64,000 bases of DNA, taken from contig NC_014962.1 of NCBI RefSeq assembly GCF_000186345.1, positions 2,568,450 to 2,632,449 on the forward strand, given 5' to 3'. Each line of letters begins with the position of its first letter. Position 1 is the first letter of the stretch. Shown here piece by piece: positions 59,388 to 64,000 of the stretch. The DNA comes from Isosphaera pallida ATCC 43644 (GTDB lineage: Bacteria > Planctomycetota > Planctomycetia > Isosphaerales > Isosphaeraceae). A program made the position numbers and the translations under genes. The notes under the pieces were generated by a model, which was not told the origin of the DNA, ran no database searches, and was given only the letters and a program-made list of their open reading frames with translations.

Positions 59388-62300
59388 ATGAGATTCGGCC
59401 TGTTCCGCGGCGCCAGCCGCCGCGCTTGGCGTCCCGTCACTCGGCGCGCCGATCGGTTCCGGCTCTTCGCCAAGCCCGAAGCGTTTGAAACTCGTCAGCT
59501 TTTGACCGTGTTCGTGGTCAAGAGTCTGAGTGGCAACGTGGCGGATCAGAACTCGTTGCCCTGGGCGATCCAGCAGGCTAACAACACCCCTGGCTTCGAT
59601 GAGATCGTCTTCGACATCCCCGGCGACGGGCCGCACACCATCACGCTGACGACCCCACTGCCCACCATCACCGAGCGGGTGGCGATCAACGCCTTCACCC
59701 AGGCCGGCGCTCAACCCAACACGCTTGAGTTCGGCAACAACATGATTCCCGGCGTGATTCTGCGGGGGCCGGGCGTGGGCGTGGGGGCCGGGTTCCGCTT
59801 CCAGGGGGAGGAGGCCTCCGGCTCGATCCTCCAAGGCTTCTCGATCGCCAACTTCCAGGACGGCGTGGCGATTCAGGGCGCGTCGAACGTCGCGGTGCTG
59901 GGCAACCTGATTGGGGTAGACGGCAACATCGGCCGCGACGGCGTGTTGATCAACCAGACCGCCAACCGCGTCGTCATCGGCGCGCCATCCCCCGCTGCGC
60001 GCAACGTCATCGGCGGAGCGGGTCGTCACGGTCTGAACGTGGCTGGGTTCCAGGCGGTCATTCAAAACAACTACATTGGTGTGGGCCGAGATGGAACGAC
60101 GCCCCGACCCAACCAAGGCGATGGTTTGAACCTGACCGGCGGCGAGATTTTGGTGGGCGGTCTTTTGCCGGGACAGGGCAACGTCATTTCGGCCAACACA
60201 GGCCGAGGCATCTTCGTCGGCCCCGCGATTGTGGTGGACACCATCGCCTCGTTTATCCCCGAATCCGAGCCGGTCCCAGTTCCCGACGCCGACGCCAATG
60301 GTCCCGGCGTTTTGGAAGTGCCGATCTTCGTCGATGAGGGCGGCGATATCATCAACCTCGCTGTCAGTCTTGAACTGGAGCATCCCCGTTCCCAGGACCT
60401 GCGCCTCACCCTGATTGGTCCCGACGGCACCGAGATTCTCCTCGCCAATCAACGCGGAGATGGCCCCGACAACTATTTCTTCGTGACCTTCGCCGAAGGT
60501 GGCGCCCCATTGCCTCCCGCCGGCGTTCCTCTGGACATTCTCGGCATTTACCAGCCGGAGCAATCGCTGGCTGAATTCGTCGGTCGCCCGGTGCGTGGCA
60601 ACTACATCCTGCGGATCGAGGACCTGGTTCCTGGCGAGGAGGCCTTGTTGGGTCTCTTCCGCTGGGAGCTGAACCTCACCCGCCGCGTCTCCGACAACAC
60701 CATTCAAAACAACACCATCGGCACCGACGTATTGGGTGTCCTCGACCGCGGCAACGGCGGCTTCGGCGTTGTGCTTTCAGGCGCGACCAACACGGTTTTG
60801 GGCGACCCGGCCGGTCAAGCGGGCAACTTGATTTCCGGCAACAACAATGGCGGTGTCCTGGTCACCGGCGCGTCGGCCGCCAACAACCGGATTCTGGGCA
60901 ACACCATCGGCACCAACCGCGCCGGCAACGCTCCTCTTGGCAGCCTGGGCGTGGGCGTCAGCGTTGTCAACGCCGCCAACACCATCATCGGAGCCCCCGG
61001 CGCAGGCAATCTGATTGCCGGCAACGCCGGCAGCGGCGTTCAGGTCACCGGTGCGTCGGCCACTAACACCACGATCCTCGCCAACATCATCGGAGCCAGC
61101 CGCGACGGGACCGTCGCCGTGCCCAACGGCGGGGTCGGCGTGTTGATCGAGTCGGCCACCGCCACCATCCTCGGAGCCCCCGGCGCGGGCAACCTGATCG
61201 CTGGCAACACCCAGCAAGGGGTGGTCACCCGAAACGACCAGGCCACCGTGATTCAAGCTAACCGGATTGGTCTGTCGGCGGCGGGCGTGACCGCGATTCC
61301 CAACGGCGGTGATGGTCTGTTGATCGACGGCTCGGCCGGCCTGGTGGTCGGTGGCACGTCGCCGGCGTTCGGAAACGTGATCTCGGGCAACAACGGCAAC
61401 GGCGTCGCATTGGCCAACCGGTCCACCCCTCAGGCGGCCACCGTCGCCTCGCCCGACACGGGGTTGGCTATTCCCGACAACCCCGCCTCCACCGGCGGCC
61501 CCACCGAGCCCCCGGTGGTCGCCTCGCTAACGCTCGACCCCGACGCCTTCCCCGGCGTCTTCACCGCGGCCCGCGTCCGGGTCCAAATCAACCACAGCTT
61601 TGTGAGCGACCTGCGGCTGACCCTGGTGACTCCCAGCGGCGACCGTATCCTGCTGATGAACCGACGCGGCGGCGACGCGGTCAACATGAACGTCCTCTTC
61701 GATCCCACCGCGTCTCAGCCGATCGCTACCCAGACTCGTCCCGCCGGTTCGCCGCTCAACGGCACCTTCCGGCCCGAAGGGAATCTGGCTGTTCTGGTCG
61801 GTCGGGCGATGGCCGGCGAGTACCGCCTGGAGATCGTGGACCTCGCCGCTCAAAATGTCGGCACCCTTGTCAACTTCCAACTCGAATTCAACTTCACTCG
61901 TTTCAACACCGACGCGGTTCTTCAAAACAACACGATTGGACTTGATCCCACCGGCGTCGTTCCGGTCCCCAACACCGGCAATGGTGTGCGGATCAACGGC
62001 ATGAGCGGCGCGACGATTCTAGAAAACCTGATCTCCGGCAACTTCGGCAGCGGCATCCTCTTGGCGCAGGCTCCCGGCTTGAACGACCTGGGGGTGCGGG
62101 TCGAGGCCAACCGCATCGGCGTTGGCTCCGATGGCGTGAGTTCTCGGGGCAACCGGCGTCACGGCGTGGAGATTCAATCGACCTTCGGCCACCAAATCGT
62201 GGGCAACACCATCGCAGGTAACCTGCTTGACGGCGTGAACGTCACGGGTGATCCAGGGCCTTCGGCCCGTCCAGTGACGATACAAGGCAACCAGATTGGT

Positions 62301-64000
62301 CTGCCCACCGCCCCCAACCAGCAAAACGGCGTCTTCCTCAACGGAGCGCGCCGGGTTCTCATTGGCGGTGAAGCCCCCGGCCAGGGTAACGTGATCCAGA
62401 GCAACAACCTCAACGGCGTTGCCACGGTCAACAACGCGATCAACAATCAAATCATCGGCAACCGGATCTTCGGCAACATCCAGGGGCTGCCGATCGACCT
62501 GAACTCCGACGGTGTGACCCCTCTAGAGATCGCTGCCGCTCCGACCCTCACTCAAGTCCTCACCTCTAGTGGACAGACCCTTTTCAGCGGCTCGTTCCAA
62601 GGCGTGCCCAACGGCGTGTATCGAGTGGAATTCTTCGCCGACGACCAGCCGTTCCCCAGCGTCTTCGGCGACGCCCGCTTCTTGCTGGGTTCAGTCGAGT
62701 TGGTCGCCGACGCAACTGGTGTTGTGACGTTCGACCAGGTGGCGATTCCCAACCCTGAAAACCTTGGCCCCTACTACACCGCCAGTGCCACCTTGCGCAC
62801 CGGCGGCACCACCCAATTCGGTGCGACCTTCCCCCAACTCACCGCCGACATCGCCACCACATTCCGCAACCTACCGACCTCGGTAACGATCGGACAGACC
62901 TTCACCTACGATATCGTCGTGACCAACCTAGGCAACGACACGGCCGCGTCGGTCTTCCTGTTCCATCGTCCCCCGGCCAATGTTCAGGTGTTGGGACAAC
63001 CTACCATCCTGGTTCCGCCCAACGGCGCGGTGGCCGCCTTCACCAACGGCAACGTCGTGGGGGTGATTCCCACGCTGGCTCCCGGTGCCGAGTTTGTGCT
63101 GAGGGTCCAAGCGCGGGTGAGTGCGTTCGTCGCCCCCACGGTTTTGACCGCCACGGCCACCTCCAATGAACTCGATCCCTCCCTCGACCCTCCGGGCAAC
63201 AACACCGGCACCTCCCAACTCGTCATCGACGCCGAAGCCAGCGCCTTCCAGTTCGCTCAGGCTCAGGTCTCGGTGGCCGAAAATGTCGCAGGCGGCCTGC
63301 TGACGATCGAGGTCCAGCGGGTTGGCGGCACGGCTGGCCAGGCGACCGTGCAGGTGGCGGTCGTTGGCGGCACGGCAGTCCTCGGCGTCGATTTCGCCGG
63401 CCCTGCCCTAGCTACTTTGACCTTCGCGGATGGTCAGGCCAGCCAAACCCTAATCTTCACCATCGTCAACAACACGCTGGTCGATGGCGACCGCACCATC
63501 GTGTTGCAACTGGCCAACCCCTCGATCGGCAACCTCGGCGACCTTGCGCTGCTGACCATCACCATCGTCGATGACGACGGCAACACCGGCGGTGGCGCGG
63601 GTGGACCACCGACCGGCGGCGGGACGACTCTTGGCCGCTTGCTCAACTTCCCCGGTCAAGTTTTCGGCGTGGGCCAAGGACGAATCCTCAACGGCTTCAT
63701 TGTCGATCTTCCGGCCAATTTCAACCTCGGAGCCGTGTCGCTGGCCTCGTTCTCGTTGATGGCCCCCGGTAACGACGGTCTGCCTGGCACCAACGATGAT
63801 CAGGCGATCCCCCTGACTAGCATCCGACCGATCCCCGGAACCCGTCAGATTTACGTGACCACAGCCCAACCCTTCTCGCTAGATCGGGCCCACACCCTCA
63901 TCATCGACGGCGAGCTCGCGGGCGACGCGGTCAACGACTTCGTGGCCACCCTGTTCTTCACCGAGACCCCAGTGGTCGCCGCTCCGGTCTTCCCGCCGGT
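59388..64000 (+). CDS. Very large secreted protein (5' part, over 1530 aa in the window): parallel beta-helix repeats, two proprotein-convertase P domains, DUF11-like and Calx-beta domains
   Basis: Translated by hand. Absent from the ORF track because it runs off the 3' edge. ATG at 59388 with GAGGTG 9 nt upstream. N-terminus MRFGLFRGASRRAWRPVTRRADRFRLFAKPEAFETRQLLTVFVV. Repeated NxIGxxxxGNxxxGV beta-helix units. P domains LELEHPRSQDLRLTLIGPDGTEILL and VQINHSFVSDLRLTLVTPSGDRILL. Calx-beta FAQAQVSVAENVAGGLLTIEVQRVGGTAG...VDGDRTIVLQLANP. ORF 59097..60707(-) is its antisense shadow. Confidence 0.75.
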   Translation, partial: MRFGLFRGASRRAWRPVTRRADRFRLFAKPEAFETRQLLTVFVVKSLSGNVADQNSLPWAIQQANNTPGFDEIVFDIPGDGPHTITLTTPLPTITERVAINAFTQAGAQPNTLEFGNNMIPGVILRGPGVGVGAGFRFQGEEASGSILQGFSIANFQDGVAIQGASNVAVLGNLIGVDGNIGRDGVLINQTANRVVIGAPSPAARNVIGGAGRHGLNVAGFQAVIQNNYIGVGRDGTTPRPNQGDGLNLTGGEILVGGLLPGQGNVISANTGRGIFVGPAIVVDTIASFIPESEPVPVPDADANGPGVLEVPIFVDEGGDIINLAVSLELEHPRSQDLRLTLIGPDGTEILLANQRGDGPDNYFFVTFAEGGAPLPPAGVPLDILGIYQPEQSLAEFVGRPVRGNYILRIEDLVPGEEALLGLFRWELNLTRRVSDNTIQNNTIGTDVLGVLDRGNGGFGVVLSGATNTVLGDPAGQAGNLISGNNNGGVLVTGASAANNRILGNTIGTNRAGNAPLGSLGVGVSVVNAANTIIGAPGAGNLIAGNAGSGVQVTGASATNTTILANIIGASRDGTVAVPNGGVGVLIESATATILGAPGAGNLIAGNTQQGVVTRNDQATVIQANRIGLSAAGVTAIPNGGDGLLIDGSAGLVVGGTSPAFGNVISGNNGNGVALANRSTPQAATVASPDTGLAIPDNPASTGGPTEPPVVASLTLDPDAFPGVFTAARVRVQINHSFVSDLRLTLVTPSGDRILLMNRRGGDAVNMNVLFDPTASQPIATQTRPAGSPLNGTFRPEGNLAVLVGRAMAGEYRLEIVDLAAQNVGTLVNFQLEFNFTRFNTDAVLQNNTIGLDPTGVVPVPNTGNGVRINGMSGATILENLISGNFGSGILLAQAPGLNDLGVRVEANRIGVGSDGVSSRGNRRHGVEIQSTFGHQIVGNTIAGNLLDGVNVTGDPGPSARPVTIQGNQIGLPTAPNQQNGVFLNGARRVLIGGEAPGQGNVIQSNNLNGVATVNNAINNQIIGNRIFGNIQGLPIDLNSDGVTPLEIAAAPTLTQVLTSSGQTLFSGSFQGVPNGVYRVEFFADDQPFPSVFGDARFLLGSVELVADATGVVTFDQVAIPNPENLGPYYTASATLRTGGTTQFGATFPQLTADIATTFRNLPTSVTIGQTFTYDIVVTNLGNDTAASVFLFHRPPANVQVLGQPTILVPPNGAVAAFTNGNVVGVIPTLAPGAEFVLRVQARVSAFVAPTVLTATATSNELDPSLDPPGNNTGTSQLVIDAEASAFQFAQAQVSVAENVAGGLLTIEVQRVGGTAGQATVQVAVVGGTAVLGVDFAGPALATLTFADGQASQTLIFTIVNNTLVDGDRTIVLQLANPSIGNLGDLALLTITIVDDDGNTGGGAGGPPTGGGTTLGRLLNFPGQVFGVGQGRILNGFIVDLPANFNLGAVSLASFSLMAPGNDGLPGTNDDQAIPLTSIRPIPGTRQIYVTTAQPFSLDRAHTLIIDGELAGDAVNDFVATLFFTETPVVAAPVFPP

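Noticed and set aside
59097-60707. 536-aa minus-strand ORF
   Set aside because: Antisense shadow of the very large + strand CDS starting at 59388. G/A/D/R-rich with no domain logic.

Overview
High-GC (~65-70%) bacterial chromosomal window. The gene content (PEP-CTERM protein, very large SdrD-B/dockerin/Calx-beta secreted proteins, several GT-C glycosyltransferases, an orphan Flp pilin) suggests a Planctomycetota-like genome; this is inference from content, not from a search. Most of the window is housekeeping. A long minus-strand run carries a YjeF_N-like gene, xseB, ispA, dxs, nadK, dus, prs and an M28 peptidase, with ispA/dxs start-stop overlap. Also present are truD and rluA (translationally coupled), coaD, a class-V aminotransferase, pyrF, a CrtI-family oxidoreductase, a crotonase and an SPFH protein. 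Between these sit envelope and secretion genes: a divergent pair of Asp-rich paralogs (one PEP-CTERM); a MotA/TolQ/ExbB homolog; two overlapping GT-C glycosyltransferases next to a lipoprotein with a Cys-to-Asp phosphatase-like motif; a phosphatidylcholine-synthase-like gene, a GT39-like gene and an AsmA-like gene in tandem; a small secreted protein with nine perfect 13-aa tandem repeats; and three very large secreted proteins. Those three share an N-terminal 'R-rich ... LExRxLLT' motif and combine SdrD-B, proprotein-convertase P domains, dockerin-like repeats, beta-helix, DUF11 and Calx-beta. tRNA-Cys(GCA) is followed by two tRNA-like elements that do not fold canonically. Caveats: the ORF track omits ORFs that run off the window edges. 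I found a partial minus-strand CDS at 1-1700 and a very large plus-strand CDS from 59388 to past 64000 by translating the sequence myself. Internal start positions were obtained by arithmetic from ORF-track ends. In this GC-rich DNA many long ORFs are antisense or alternative-frame shadows.
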